This document shows positions 7,082-17,739 of a stretch of 45,337 bases of DNA, piece by piece. The position numbers and the translations under genes were made by a program. Numbering within the stretch: position 1 is the first letter of the stretch; the number at the start of each line of letters is the position of its first letter. The stretch is from positions 1-45,337 of the IMG/VR virus record IMGVR_UViG_3300017553_000155, one strand, 5' to 3'. The stretch is from a virus (lineage: Duplodnaviria; Caudoviricetes). The notes beneath the pieces were generated by a model, which searched no databases, was not told the origin of the DNA, and was given only the letters and a program-made list of their open reading frames with translations.

Positions 7082-9670
7082 TTAAATTTCATACCAGAGC
7101 GTTCCGCGACGCTCGATTTCGATACTCTGATTAGCCGTCAGAACAACAGTAGCGCCTCCTTTCAAGAAGATGCGGTCTGTGGTAGTCCCATGCTCAACAT
7201 TGAGAGCGTTAGATCCACCGTATATCAGCAGTCGCTGGCCTTCTGTGGCGTCCGTAATGGACCGGAGATACCCGCCCACCGCTGCCGGGTTGAGGTTGAA
7301 ACGTGAGCCAATTCGACCTCGAACAGAAAAAGTATCGATACCTGTCGCGAGAGAAATCGTCTCTCGATAGCCGCCATATCCTTCGCCGACTACGTTGACC
7401 TGCTGATTGTTCGCGAAAGCCGACGTAAACAGCAAGCCAGTATGGCCGTCGCCAGAAACATTCTCCAACGTGGGAACGCAACTGGCCGAGTTCTGAACGT
7501 ACCGGACAAGGTCCACGATCCGGCCATTTGTCCCATCGATGCTTACATTTCGAATTTTCGGACGATCCGCACCCGTTTGAGATAAGGTTATGGCTGGACC
7601 GGCTGCTGAAGCCAGAGTGCGACCATTTCGGAATATGGCGCCCTCCAAAGTATTATTTTGGCTCGCGGAATTCGTGCCGTAAAACGGCCCACCACATCCA
7701 TCAACGCGAGCACTCTTGATGCGATTGTTAATGCCCTGATCTCGAATGGCGGGGCTTTCTCGCCAATCTGCGCTGCCATCATAACTTTCGCCGAAGCCAA
7801 AATTTGTATTTTCGAGATAGACGCCGTCGACCTCGCAATCATCTCCTTTATTAGGGGATACTCCTGATCCGATCAGCCACAGACCACAGCCAAAGCAATT
7901 TTTCGCGTAAAAGCTTTTGATACGCGTCCGGTGGGACCTGATCTGCATGCCTGTTCTGCCAGAGCCTATCGTACGGCAATTCACAAAACAGATACCGACA
8001 CCTGTGCCATGGGTATCGAAGCCAGCCTCTTTACTGTCGCGATGGGTGCAGTTTACGATCAGGCTATTCATCGGCCGGCCGATATTTAAGATGTAGCTCG
8101 CCCCGGTTGTGTAAGCGTGGCGGCAGCGTTCTGCATACAAATTATCTACAACAAGATCTTCGTTCAGACCGCGCTCAGAAACGACATAACCGAACCCGCC
8201 ATTGCCAATGCTGCTCAAACCAGTGCTGTCATCGGTCGAACTACCGAAATCAAAGCCTGAACAATTGATAACGCGAGCGCCAAGACAGCCTTCAAGCGCG
8301 ATACCGGCCGAGTTCGCATCATGCATTTCGATGCCTGCAAACTGTGGAGCGTGAGCGAAACACGTATCGATAACCCGAATATCAGCGTCGGATATAGTTC
8401 CCGGCGCGACAGGGACGGTATTGTCCATCCAGCTGGTAAAGCCGCGATATTCCAGCCCCTCCATCAACGTGACCGGAACAAGCTCCGGCTGATCCGACAA
8501 AAGATAAGCCTCCTTCGTCGGCCCCCAGAATGTGACGACTGCACCTTCAACCTTGCGGATTTTTACAAACTCGCCCATGCGTTGGGGATCATTCGTAATC
8601 CAACGTGTCTGCGACCCTAGGATAGCAAACTGTCCCGCTGAAAAGTTTGCAGCATGAGCCAAGTTCTGCAATGTCACAGACCTGCTGTTAACCGGTACTG
8701 CAGCTGTATAATAGCCCTGTCGAACCGGCAAAGTATAATCATTGCGAAAGATATTGCCGACACCAACCTTGCGGTAATTAGCTAGACCGGCACCGATGCC
8801 AAGCACTTTGACGCCGGGATTAGTGATCGATCCGTGGATGTAATAATCACCAGAGGATACGCGAACGGGAACGCCGAGAGCAAATGCGGTTTTCATGGCG
8901 TCGTTCATGGCTTCAGTCACATCACCGGCACCGAGCGCACCCAGCGATTTCGGATCAACTGAATGCCCGAACAGTTCCCACCAGCCACCATCGGCTGACT
9001 GCACCTTACCCGCGTGAGATGGCTCAGCAGATACGCGCTTATACATCGCACCGCCGCCGTCGCCTACAGTCGTAAAGCCGCCTGTATGAATTGCGTTGAT
9101 CGTCGGCTTGATGTTTGCCAGCGATACAGCAAGGCGCGTGTCGTACAGCGGGACTTCAATTGGACCGCCTTGACCGATGAGAGAGGCGAGCGCCAAGTCA
9201 CCATTCTTGCGGTCAATGACTTCAGTATCGACGCGATCATTTAGATAAGTGTCGCCTGCAATTCTGGCTGCAACCTCTTCAGCGAAGCCAAGCTGCCCGG
9301 CGTCAGTATCCCGACGCACTTCCTGCATCTCGGCTTCGAGCCTATTCAGGGAATAATTATGGGCCGAAATGGGAAGGGGAGCGCCGTTTGCATACTGATC
9401 CGTACGGCGGGGGGTGCGTTTACCGCGAATGATCATCGATCCTGTGACGCCAGTTGCCATTCGAACGACAGCGTTTGTCGATACACCTTCGCTGAACGTC
9501 GCGATGACGGAAAAATCCGTTCGCACGACATCGTTTACAACAACTTCAAGGTCGGTCGCTGGAAATTCCCCGATGTTCCGACCGAAGATCGGAAAGCCAA
9601 CCGGGAAATCAGTTGTCGGTGAGACGGGCGCATAAGTCGTCTCGCGAAGTGAGGGCGTGATCGTAACCAT
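7082..9670 (-). CDS. Tail spike / receptor-binding protein with pectate-lyase-like beta-helix
   Basis: Podovirus tail-fibre N-terminal anchor, GDGGGAMY...ADGGWWEL head motif, then repetitive beta-helix-like sequence; follows the ejection proteins. Confidence 0.8.
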   Translation of the reverse strand: MVTITPSLRETTYAPVSPTTDFPVGFPIFGRNIGEFPATDLEVVVNDVVRTDFSVIATFSEGVSTNAVVRMATGVTGSMIIRGKRTPRRTDQYANGAPLPISAHNYSLNRLEAEMQEVRRDTDAGQLGFAEEVAARIAGDTYLNDRVDTEVIDRKNGDLALASLIGQGGPIEVPLYDTRLAVSLANIKPTINAIHTGGFTTVGDGGGAMYKRVSAEPSHAGKVQSADGGWWELFGHSVDPKSLGALGAGDVTEAMNDAMKTAFALGVPVRVSSGDYYIHGSITNPGVKVLGIGAGLANYRKVGVGNIFRNDYTLPVRQGYYTAAVPVNSRSVTLQNLAHAANFSAGQFAILGSQTRWITNDPQRMGEFVKIRKVEGAVVTFWGPTKEAYLLSDQPELVPVTLMEGLEYRGFTSWMDNTVPVAPGTISDADIRVIDTCFAHAPQFAGIEMHDANSAGIALEGCLGARVINCSGFDFGSSTDDSTGLSSIGNGGFGYVVSERGLNEDLVVDNLYAERCRHAYTTGASYILNIGRPMNSLIVNCTHRDSKEAGFDTHGTGVGICFVNCRTIGSGRTGMQIRSHRTRIKSFYAKNCFGCGLWLIGSGVSPNKGDDCEVDGVYLENTNFGFGESYDGSADWRESPAIRDQGINNRIKSARVDGCGGPFYGTNSASQNNTLEGAIFRNGRTLASAAGPAITLSQTGADRPKIRNVSIDGTNGRIVDLVRYVQNSASCVPTLENVSGDGHTGLLFTSAFANNQQVNVVGEGYGGYRETISLATGIDTFSVRGRIGSRFNLNPAAVGGYLRSITDATEGQRLLIYGGSNALNVEHGTTTDRIFLKGGATVVLTANQSIEIERRGTLWYEI

Positions 9671-9677
9671 GCCCGCG

Positions 9678-9714
9678 AATATTCACGGACACGAGATTTC
9701 CAGCAAAGCACAGG
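9678..9714 (-). promoter_or_regulatory. Putative late promoter, leaderless tail-spike mRNA
   Basis: CCTGTGCT-TTGCTG-N17-AATATT-N7-ATG; no Shine-Dalgarno. Confidence 0.7.
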
Positions 9715-12114
9715 TTATCGTTGGAAAGCGGGTGCCTGACGAGGTGCAGTCTGCCCCGGCGACCACCAGAACGTTTGATCGAAATCTTTCTTCATCCGCT
9801 TTTCATAACGGCTGAAAGATTTGCGATAATCTGGATCAATCAGCGCCTGAACCTGATCAAATACCAGCCGATCCGTAGCAAGCTTCGTGTACCAAAGCGA
9901 TGAACCCGGAGTCCAACCCTTCATGTATTGGGCTAGTGACTTGCCAGTGAACCCGTTCTTCAGGAAGTCGGCTGTAGACACAACTGCGCCTGGCCCCGGT
10001 CCCATCAGAAATTCTGTGACGCCCTGACCACCGCGTGATACCGACGAATTCACGAAGTCGCCCATCATCCCGCCACCGCCGCCCCGGATAAAGGATTCCG
10101 TCCAGAACTGCGGACGGCTCATATCGTTCGGGTTCTTACCGGCAATTAGCGCCTGCATCTGAACCGTGACAGCACCCGCGATTGTCATTGTCGCCAACAG
10201 CTTTGCGGTATAAGCGGCCTTTGACCAGTTACCGTCCTGTGAGAAGCCGCGCATCATGTGCGTCATCATGTATGTCATCGGGAAACTTTTGAACTGAGTA
10301 GCAGACCGAACCGCTTCACCCAGAACGGTGCCGCGTTGCAACCCGCCGGACATCGCACCGCGAATACGCGCGTCAGGCTCCAGAACTGCCATGTGTCGCT
10401 CGTCGATGATTGCCGACATCAGCCTATCTGCAAGCCGCTGATCCTCGACACCGTTCACATCAAAGAACCTTGCGCCATCCGCTTCGAGGTGAGGGGTTGC
10501 GCGCAGTTTGTCCCATTCCCCTGCATTGAAGCCATATCGCTCAAAGAACCCACGAAACACAGGATCAAGCGCTTCAAACTTCTTGTCGGAATTTCGAGCA
10601 ATTGCGCCCATAAACTCCATAGAGAAGGCCCGCTTCAGGCCCTCAGTCCATGTGTTGAGGCCGCTGGCGCGCATAATCGTGTCGGCCACGCGTGCTGTGA
10701 TGCCCTGACCTACAACTTCATCAGCAAAGCGCTTCGAACCAAGAGCGTTATCCATAACAGCGTTGGCCGTCAGATTGACCTGACGTGCAATAGCTTCGGC
10801 CTGCTCATCATTTGCGAGGTCTTTTATCAAACGGCCAAGAATTGCAGTTGCGGGGATTCCATTGTGATTGGCGGCAAATGCCATGGTGAAACTGTCACCG
10901 GGCAGGGCTGCTATTGCTGCTGAGCCAAGCCGGGATGCTGTTTGGATATTACGGAGTCCGCCACCAATACCGGCGAGCAGTTCATTCTGTGGAACGCCGA
11001 GTTTGCCAGACAAAGCATCGAACGTCCGCTGCGCCGCTGCCGGACTGTTCATCGAAAGTACGTTCTTAATCTTCTGGCCTTTTGAAAGGTTTTCAGCGTC
11101 AGAGCGACGAGCCTTTTCCAATAGAGCGTTGAAATTCTGCTCGTACTTCGGCCCCATCACCTCGACGAAGGCGATTTCCTTACCCATGCCGGACAAATGG
11201 CCGGTAAGAGTGTTGTAAAGACCGCCATCACCGATACCGTACTTCTTCATCAACCGTTTATAGGCGTCTGGGTTGTCGAACCGGAAAACACGAAGCTGAT
11301 TAGAGAACCCGCTTGGACCAGCAGAGCCAACACCGCGACCGAGGGTAATATCCTTGTAAGCGTTCTGGATGATGCCGGGGATCATTGTGACCGGCGCTTC
11401 GCCTTGTCCCTCTTTATCCATGACGCGCATTGTGCCTGCGTTGACTTCCTGCATGAGATCGTCAAGGAATTCACGCTCCGTGACGCCTTTCGTCCGTGCA
11501 GCGTCCCAGAACTGGGGTAAGCGCCAGTCGTCGAGGGTGGCGAGCCGCTTGCCGCCGCGCTTTACACGATCAACTGCATAAGCGGTTGCGTCCTGAAATG
11601 CTTTTGCTGCACCTTTTGCCGCCTGATCTCCGGTATCTCGTCCGAACAACTCGTCAACAACATTCCAGATGGATTCCGTATCTTGGCGTAAGCCGATCAT
11701 TGTCGATTTGTATTTGTCGAGTGCACCATCAACGATTCCGAAAAGGCGCTTCGATACCGCTTCAGAATGGCTATCGACATTGAGCGCATTGCCAGTTGCT
11801 CGACCACCCTCCCAATTGTCGCGCACCATAGCGCTCATCAGGCCGACCGTCTGGCCGCGTGGGTGTTTCTGCATTCGACCGAAAATCTCAGCCTGACGGA
11901 TTGCCTGTTGTGCGGCTTCAAGCTTTCGGTCTCGTGCAGCTTCAGCCATGACACGCGCAGCTTCAAGCGCAGCGCCTGCATCAGCTGTTGCCGGTCCCAT
12001 CTCAGGATAGAGACGGCCCTGAATGCCTTCATGCAGCGCAAGCGCGTCGTCGGCAGCCTTCTGTGTGATCCTGCCAGCGCCGACGAGTTTCGTAAGACAG
12101 TTTGCAATCGACAT
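9715..12114 (-). CDS. Internal virion (ejection) protein
   Basis: Position and size; QFKSFP and C-terminal TPGSSLWY...WW motifs typical of BPP-1/epsilon15-like core proteins. Confidence 0.7.
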   Translation of the reverse strand: MSIANCLTKLVGAGRITQKAADDALALHEGIQGRLYPEMGPATADAGAALEAARVMAEAARDRKLEAAQQAIRQAEIFGRMQKHPRGQTVGLMSAMVRDNWEGGRATGNALNVDSHSEAVSKRLFGIVDGALDKYKSTMIGLRQDTESIWNVVDELFGRDTGDQAAKGAAKAFQDATAYAVDRVKRGGKRLATLDDWRLPQFWDAARTKGVTEREFLDDLMQEVNAGTMRVMDKEGQGEAPVTMIPGIIQNAYKDITLGRGVGSAGPSGFSNQLRVFRFDNPDAYKRLMKKYGIGDGGLYNTLTGHLSGMGKEIAFVEVMGPKYEQNFNALLEKARRSDAENLSKGQKIKNVLSMNSPAAAQRTFDALSGKLGVPQNELLAGIGGGLRNIQTASRLGSAAIAALPGDSFTMAFAANHNGIPATAILGRLIKDLANDEQAEAIARQVNLTANAVMDNALGSKRFADEVVGQGITARVADTIMRASGLNTWTEGLKRAFSMEFMGAIARNSDKKFEALDPVFRGFFERYGFNAGEWDKLRATPHLEADGARFFDVNGVEDQRLADRLMSAIIDERHMAVLEPDARIRGAMSGGLQRGTVLGEAVRSATQFKSFPMTYMMTHMMRGFSQDGNWSKAAYTAKLLATMTIAGAVTVQMQALIAGKNPNDMSRPQFWTESFIRGGGGGMMGDFVNSSVSRGGQGVTEFLMGPGPGAVVSTADFLKNGFTGKSLAQYMKGWTPGSSLWYTKLATDRLVFDQVQALIDPDYRKSFSRYEKRMKKDFDQTFWWSPGQTAPRQAPAFQR

Positions 12115-14459
12115 TAAACGGCTCCAGTCGTGCGCGTGCGGAAGTGATCATTATTGCCAAGGGTACAGGCTTCAATATCGGAAGCGGCTTTTATCTCCGC
12201 GTCGGCTTCGGCCATGATTTCAGAGATTGACCGTTCACCAGCACCATCGCCAAGATCGACTTTGATATCTGGCATTTCTTCACCAATGCGAATTGCTTCA
12301 CGGAGAACTGCATCAGACGTGTCGTTTGCCTTTGCCATCGCTTCCATGTGTTCAGGCGTCAACCGATCATTGGCAACAGCGATCAAGTCTTCACGATCAG
12401 CCTTAGAAAGAGAGTTGCGGAGAACGTCAGACGATTGAAGCGGTTCACCAAATAGGCGCGCACCGGAATCATTCTTCAGTGCTTCGTCTGCATAGTCACG
12501 CAAGAAGGCGGTCAAACGCTTCCGGCTGATAGCGCGCTTCATGTTCTCGTCGCCAAACATTGCGCGGGCAAGGATCTTCGCAATCTCGTTTGGACCGCCG
12601 AACATTTCAGCTTGGTTGATAAGATCAGCAACCGGACGGCCTTCATCACGCGCACGCATTACCAGACTGACGGCGTTCATGAGATCGTCAGTGATGTCCA
12701 TACCACGAGGAATATCACCCCGAGCAACAGCATCACGCATGATCGACCATGAACCCGCGCTGTCACCAAGCGAACCGGCGAGCGACTTGATATTACTGTC
12801 AGCGTCTTCGAGTGCGCGACCAAGCAATGAAGGCTCTCCATAAGCACGGCCCATGAGTGCAGCCATAATGCGGCGCTCGCCTGTCTGTGACAACGCGCCA
12901 GATGCATCGACCAGTTCGCCCTGTTCAGCGCGCGGTAGTTTTTGCATGAAGCCGCGAACGAAATCACGGTTACTGATCGTGTCTACGTCACCAGCATCTC
13001 GCAACTTCGATAACACTGCGTCATCGATCATTCTGGCATCTGATAAAGCCTGTTCAGCTGCACCAAGCCGCATAGCTGTTGAGCGGTTCGCGGCTGTGAC
13101 AAAGCCAATTCGGGCTTCTGGGTCGAGGTCAGTAATACGACGGGCAATCAAAACCGGCTTGTTGAAACCTTCGATGTCGAAATTCTGCGAGCGCAAGAAA
13201 TTGCGATAGGATTCCGAGGCTGGACTATTTTCAAGATACGCACGGCGCATTGCCATGACGCGGCCATTGCCGGATTCGACGAAACCTTCGGGACCAACAA
13301 CCGGCGCACCATTCGCGGCATCAGCAGAAGGGCCGAGGCGCTCAGGCTGTAGATTTGCAGCAATCGAATTGATCTGATCCTGAGAAATGGCACGGGTGCG
13401 GTCCCTTGGCTGAAGTTCCGCGGGGAATGCTGGATTGATAGACATGTCATCGAGGTTCGATGTGATCAGGTCATCGGCTTCAATAACTTCATATTGAACA
13501 CCAACAGAGCGCCCATCAGCATCATAGATACGACCGGGGCGCGCGTTGGCCTGCAAAAATGCTTCTTGCGGTATCTCAACAGGATTCCCACGAAATAGAT
13601 CATCCGCTGCTTTTTCAACACCCGCACGATAAACAGCCGCGCCCTGAGCTGACTTATCTAGCCGAGAGGCAGGGACAGATGCTTCACGTGTCACTACATT
13701 ACCAACATCAGCGGTGTGACGTGGCCATTCACCGACTTTCGCGCGATGCCATGCCGCTGCAAGCCCCTTGATACCGCTGCCAATTGCTGCGCCACCAGCA
13801 CCAGCTGCGCCGATTTCATAGAGCGCATCGCGAAAGCCGAAGTTCGGGTCCACCTCCTGCTTGAAGCCATAGTTCAGCCCTTGAATGGCTGTTTCAGAAC
13901 CAATCCCGATAGCCCCCTCAATCATTGCTGTGCGAAGAATGCCAGATGCTGCACCTGCACCGAACGCCAAGGAAATGGCATTGATCGGATCGCGCATAGC
14001 ACCGACAGCGGTACCGGCAAAGCCACCAATCGCTGAACCCCAACCAGTCGAAAGGCCCTGCAATTTGACAGATTGCTTACGGGAATCCCCTGCGCGCTTT
14101 AAAGTTTCCTGCTCGATGAAAGCCTCGTCAGGAAATGCCAGGTTGCTTTCTGGGTTCTCTTTTTTCCATGCATCGAACTGACCGCGCGCATTCGCTTCAA
14201 AGTCAGGGCGTGCTTTCAATCCCGGACCTGTCATCCAATTACGAACGCCGATCCCACTTTCCTGATAGAATTGGCGAATAAACTCGCTCTGAACGTCCGC
14301 ACGGTGAATTTCACGCGCGTTCACGTTCGAATAATCCATCATCGACGAATAGTCAGACTTAAACCGCTCAATGAAGCCGGGGTCAAAACCTTGGACGGGA
14401 TTTTGTTGCATGAACTGCAACGCAGTACGTTCCTGTTTAGGATCAACGAGCATCACCAT
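12114..14459 (-). CDS. Internal virion protein with DdrB-like ParB domain
   Basis: YEVIEADDLITS...LQPRDR...GAPVV...VESGNGRVMA matches the ddrB-ParB family; Gly/Ala-rich N-terminal membrane-like segment. Confidence 0.7.
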   Translation of the reverse strand: MVMLVDPKQERTALQFMQQNPVQGFDPGFIERFKSDYSSMMDYSNVNAREIHRADVQSEFIRQFYQESGIGVRNWMTGPGLKARPDFEANARGQFDAWKKENPESNLAFPDEAFIEQETLKRAGDSRKQSVKLQGLSTGWGSAIGGFAGTAVGAMRDPINAISLAFGAGAASGILRTAMIEGAIGIGSETAIQGLNYGFKQEVDPNFGFRDALYEIGAAGAGGAAIGSGIKGLAAAWHRAKVGEWPRHTADVGNVVTREASVPASRLDKSAQGAAVYRAGVEKAADDLFRGNPVEIPQEAFLQANARPGRIYDADGRSVGVQYEVIEADDLITSNLDDMSINPAFPAELQPRDRTRAISQDQINSIAANLQPERLGPSADAANGAPVVGPEGFVESGNGRVMAMRRAYLENSPASESYRNFLRSQNFDIEGFNKPVLIARRITDLDPEARIGFVTAANRSTAMRLGAAEQALSDARMIDDAVLSKLRDAGDVDTISNRDFVRGFMQKLPRAEQGELVDASGALSQTGERRIMAALMGRAYGEPSLLGRALEDADSNIKSLAGSLGDSAGSWSIMRDAVARGDIPRGMDITDDLMNAVSLVMRARDEGRPVADLINQAEMFGGPNEIAKILARAMFGDENMKRAISRKRLTAFLRDYADEALKNDSGARLFGEPLQSSDVLRNSLSKADREDLIAVANDRLTPEHMEAMAKANDTSDAVLREAIRIGEEMPDIKVDLGDGAGERSISEIMAEADAEIKAASDIEACTLGNNDHFRTRTTGAV

Positions 14460-17400
14460 TATTGGTCACCTCGCAGATCAAGAATGAAAGGGCCGCCTGA
14501 ACTGCTGACTGCAAACATCGGTGCACTCTCCAGCCCAAATTCGATTCCGTATCGACCTTCTCCAACTGCACGCAATCGAGCGCCTCGACGGAATTCTCTC
14601 GCCGTTACAGGCTGTCCTGTGGATGTGATGGCTCCGGTTAGCTGCTCATCAGTCATGTTGGTTATCAGGGTGTCGAAATCACCCTGTGACATGCCGTACT
14701 TGGGAGCGATAATGTTTTGACCGTTGAAATCGATCATCCCGCCCGTCACTTCGTTGATCGATTGTGTCATGCGTTCCTGATTGAACTCGCCTGACGTGTC
14801 ACCGACAGTATTGCTCAGGTCTGCGTATCGTGCGCGCGCGGAATCCAAAAGCATCTGCCGGGAACCTTCCAAGCCAGCTCCGAACGCTTGAGGCGGAAGA
14901 ATTTCGTCAATCGATGTCTGATTGTCGTCTGTCTTTTTAGGAGCAAAGTTTGGGTTCTCCTTCAGCAATGCCTGACCACGAAGCACGCCTTCAGCGACTT
15001 GTGGATTGTACTGATAAAGAGCGCCCGCGCTGGCAGCCGTGCGAGAGTTCGCATCACCAGCAAGTGCACCCATCGTTGCCATGTAAGTTTTGGGGTCGAG
15101 GTTTTTCGACATCGCACCGAATAACTGCGCCTGTTCTCCCGGCGTGCCTTGCGTCATAATCTGGCTCAGCACTGCCTTATCTTGTGGGCGTAACGCGGAA
15201 GCTCCGGGCTGGATCATTCCGCGCGCTTCCAGAAGGTTGATAGAGTTCTGACGGGCTGCGAATGCGGAGCCAACGGCATCAGGACCGGCAGCAAGATCGA
15301 TAGATGGTACTGATGGGGTCCACTGACGTTGAGCGCCATAACCAATCGGATCGTTCTGCATGGCTTCGGCAACACGTTTTGCCGTTCGTTCAGCGGTTTC
15401 CATGATCTGTTGTTGTGCAATCGTGGCGCCGTCACCAGCATCAACTTTCAACTCATCGAGCAAAGCTGTTGCTTGTTGTGGCGGCATAGTAGCGAACATC
15501 GATGCTGCATCCTCGCTGCTGAGATAGTTCGAAACTTCACGGCGAAACTGCGGGTCATCGATCACGGACAGCTGGCGTGTGAGCAAAGACATTTCATTCG
15601 CTGCCGGTGGGATGCCTTTCGCTATCCCACTTTTCATATCGCCCCAGAGACTTTTTGCGTCTGCTGTTACGCCCGAACGATAAGCCTTGATGACTTCAGG
15701 ATCCATTGTCGCACGAGCACCAGCCGCCGAAGCTGTGCCGCCGCGTGTGCTGTCATCCTCGATGTGCCAATTCTCATTGGAAAGGGGGAATTTCAAGCCA
15801 AAGTCTTTCGCATGTGAATGCAGCCAGTCAACAACTTCAGGCGGGGCGTTCTTCAGGCTTTGACCATTATACGAAAGGTCGGCGGCTGTACCGTGATTGT
15901 GGTTCGACCCCTTTGAATCAGCTACGCCCGGAGGAGGAGCAACCCACTTCCGGGCTTCGGCTACTGAGCCATATTTCTTTAGTGCCGCATCCCACAATTC
16001 CGTTTGACGCTCCACTGAGCGAGCTCCGGAATAGATACCAAGTTTCTCAGCAATGCCGGGAGGAGCGGCTTGGATCAGCGCCGCAAGCTTATTTCCAAAT
16101 CCTGCATCCATGCCGTCGATATGACTGGCGTCCTTGTTGCTGCGAGAAAGAAGAAATGCGCGCGCTTCTGATGGCCCAGATTGTCCGAAAGTGCGGCCCG
16201 TTGACTGGAAATTCCCAGACTGACTGAGCACTTTTTTGTAATAGTTAGCGGATTCGCGCGGGATCACACTGTCGTCGCGACCAGCAGCAAGCCATGCATC
16301 TGCTCGTGTTGAACCGCCATTATAAGCGATCAATGCAGCTTCTTCATCGCCGTTATAACGGGCAAGCTGCTTGTTTAGATAGTGGGTGCCGTAACGTTTG
16401 CTTACATCAGTTCGCTTCAAATACGCCTGCTGTTCGGCTTCGGTACCATCTACAGGATAATTTGCGTCACCGAGCTCACCAGCAATTTCAACCCCTGTCT
16501 TTGGCATAACTTGCATTAAACCGGCTGCGCCTTTTTCAGAAACAGCGTTAGGGTCCCAAGAGCTTTCAGTGCCGATGACCCGGTCAATTAAGCTGCCACT
16601 TGTAAGGTTAATCCCGTTTGCAGCAGCGCGACCGCGCTCCAGTGCGCCGACACGAGCATCAGGGCTGGAGAGATTAAACTGCTGGATTGTCTGGGCCGCA
16701 CGTCGCGAATTGATAAGGTCGAGCGCACCAGCCATGTCGCCGCCTTTTGCAAGGGTGGCGATAGTGGCGTCAACATCGGGGTTGTCGAGACCTACGCCCT
16801 CATCAAACAGTTTCTTGAACTTCGATGCCTGATCCTGAATTGGCTTTAGGGCTACTTTCTGTTCAGCTACGAAACCAGTAATGCGCTGTTCAGCAAGGCC
16901 TGCATATTGACGGCGTTCGGCTGGAGAGAGGTGCAACTTTTCGTCCGTCAGAATACGTTCAGCGTCTTGCTGCGCTGCCTTAACGCCGCGCGTTGTCAGG
17001 GTCTTATCAATCTGACCAATGACAGCCTCGCTCATGTGACGAGATTCGACACGTTGCAATTCCATTTCGGCCTGTTTGTCCGAAACTGTAAACTCTGGAT
17101 TCGCAGAGAGTTCGCCGTAAAGAGATTTTAACTGGCTCTGCTTTTCCAGATATGCCGATGTGCCTGTACCGCCAGAGCGAGCAAGTGCAGCCATGTCATT
17201 ATCAAGAAACTGGATTTCAGTTTTGATGTCGTTCTCAAAAACTGTGAGATCACGCTTTCGTTTCTGCTCCGAAACACCGAGTCCGAGACGCGAGCCTTCA
17301 GCCTCCAACATAGTCTTGAGAGGGCCGCGATATTCCTTTGGAGTGTTCGCGAGAAGCTGATTGCCGAATCCCTTCCAAGAGGATTCGAATGCTCCAACAT

Positions 17401-17737
17401 CACCTTGCGCTGAATTGAACAGTTCCTGCCCCTGCTTGCGCACATCGCCAGCTATCCGCGCTGTATATGCCTGTTGCGCGGCGCGATTATACGCCTGTCC
17501 GGATTTTGACCAGTTCGAACGCTGATCCACCTGAAGGTTACCATCGCCATCACGATAAACAGCGTCGGCACCTTCCTGATCAGCTTTGATAACAGCCTGT
17601 TCTTCCAGCTTCGTGCCAATGGTACCCATTGCATCGGCAATCTGCATGTACGGGTTTGCAGCCGCCGCGCCGGATACAGCCGACTGCGGGCCTTGGAAAA
17701 TCGCAGTGCGGTTTGATACCTGTGGAAGTCTGGCCAT
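14459..17737 (-). CDS. Internal virion protein with SLT lytic transglycosylase and M15/VanY-like peptidase domains
   Basis: TESS..PNAVS.KGAAGLMQ...AYNGG (SLT); SGARS...SNHNHGTAADL...ENWHIE (M15 Zn peptidase). Confidence 0.8.
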   Translation of the reverse strand: MARLPQVSNRTAIFQGPQSAVSGAAAANPYMQIADAMGTIGTKLEEQAVIKADQEGADAVYRDGDGNLQVDQRSNWSKSGQAYNRAAQQAYTARIAGDVRKQGQELFNSAQGDVGAFESSWKGFGNQLLANTPKEYRGPLKTMLEAEGSRLGLGVSEQKRKRDLTVFENDIKTEIQFLDNDMAALARSGGTGTSAYLEKQSQLKSLYGELSANPEFTVSDKQAEMELQRVESRHMSEAVIGQIDKTLTTRGVKAAQQDAERILTDEKLHLSPAERRQYAGLAEQRITGFVAEQKVALKPIQDQASKFKKLFDEGVGLDNPDVDATIATLAKGGDMAGALDLINSRRAAQTIQQFNLSSPDARVGALERGRAAANGINLTSGSLIDRVIGTESSWDPNAVSEKGAAGLMQVMPKTGVEIAGELGDANYPVDGTEAEQQAYLKRTDVSKRYGTHYLNKQLARYNGDEEAALIAYNGGSTRADAWLAAGRDDSVIPRESANYYKKVLSQSGNFQSTGRTFGQSGPSEARAFLLSRSNKDASHIDGMDAGFGNKLAALIQAAPPGIAEKLGIYSGARSVERQTELWDAALKKYGSVAEARKWVAPPPGVADSKGSNHNHGTAADLSYNGQSLKNAPPEVVDWLHSHAKDFGLKFPLSNENWHIEDDSTRGGTASAAGARATMDPEVIKAYRSGVTADAKSLWGDMKSGIAKGIPPAANEMSLLTRQLSVIDDPQFRREVSNYLSSEDAASMFATMPPQQATALLDELKVDAGDGATIAQQQIMETAERTAKRVAEAMQNDPIGYGAQRQWTPSVPSIDLAAGPDAVGSAFAARQNSINLLEARGMIQPGASALRPQDKAVLSQIMTQGTPGEQAQLFGAMSKNLDPKTYMATMGALAGDANSRTAASAGALYQYNPQVAEGVLRGQALLKENPNFAPKKTDDNQTSIDEILPPQAFGAGLEGSRQMLLDSARARYADLSNTVGDTSGEFNQERMTQSINEVTGGMIDFNGQNIIAPKYGMSQGDFDTLITNMTDEQLTGAITSTGQPVTAREFRRGARLRAVGEGRYGIEFGLESAPMFAVSSSGGPFILDLRGDQ

Positions 17738-17739
17738 GA

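Noticed and set aside
7082-9670. Diversity-generating retroelement, as in BPP-1
   Set aside because: No reverse transcriptase ORF and no TR/VR repeat pair seen; the receptor-binding protein is a beta-helical spike.
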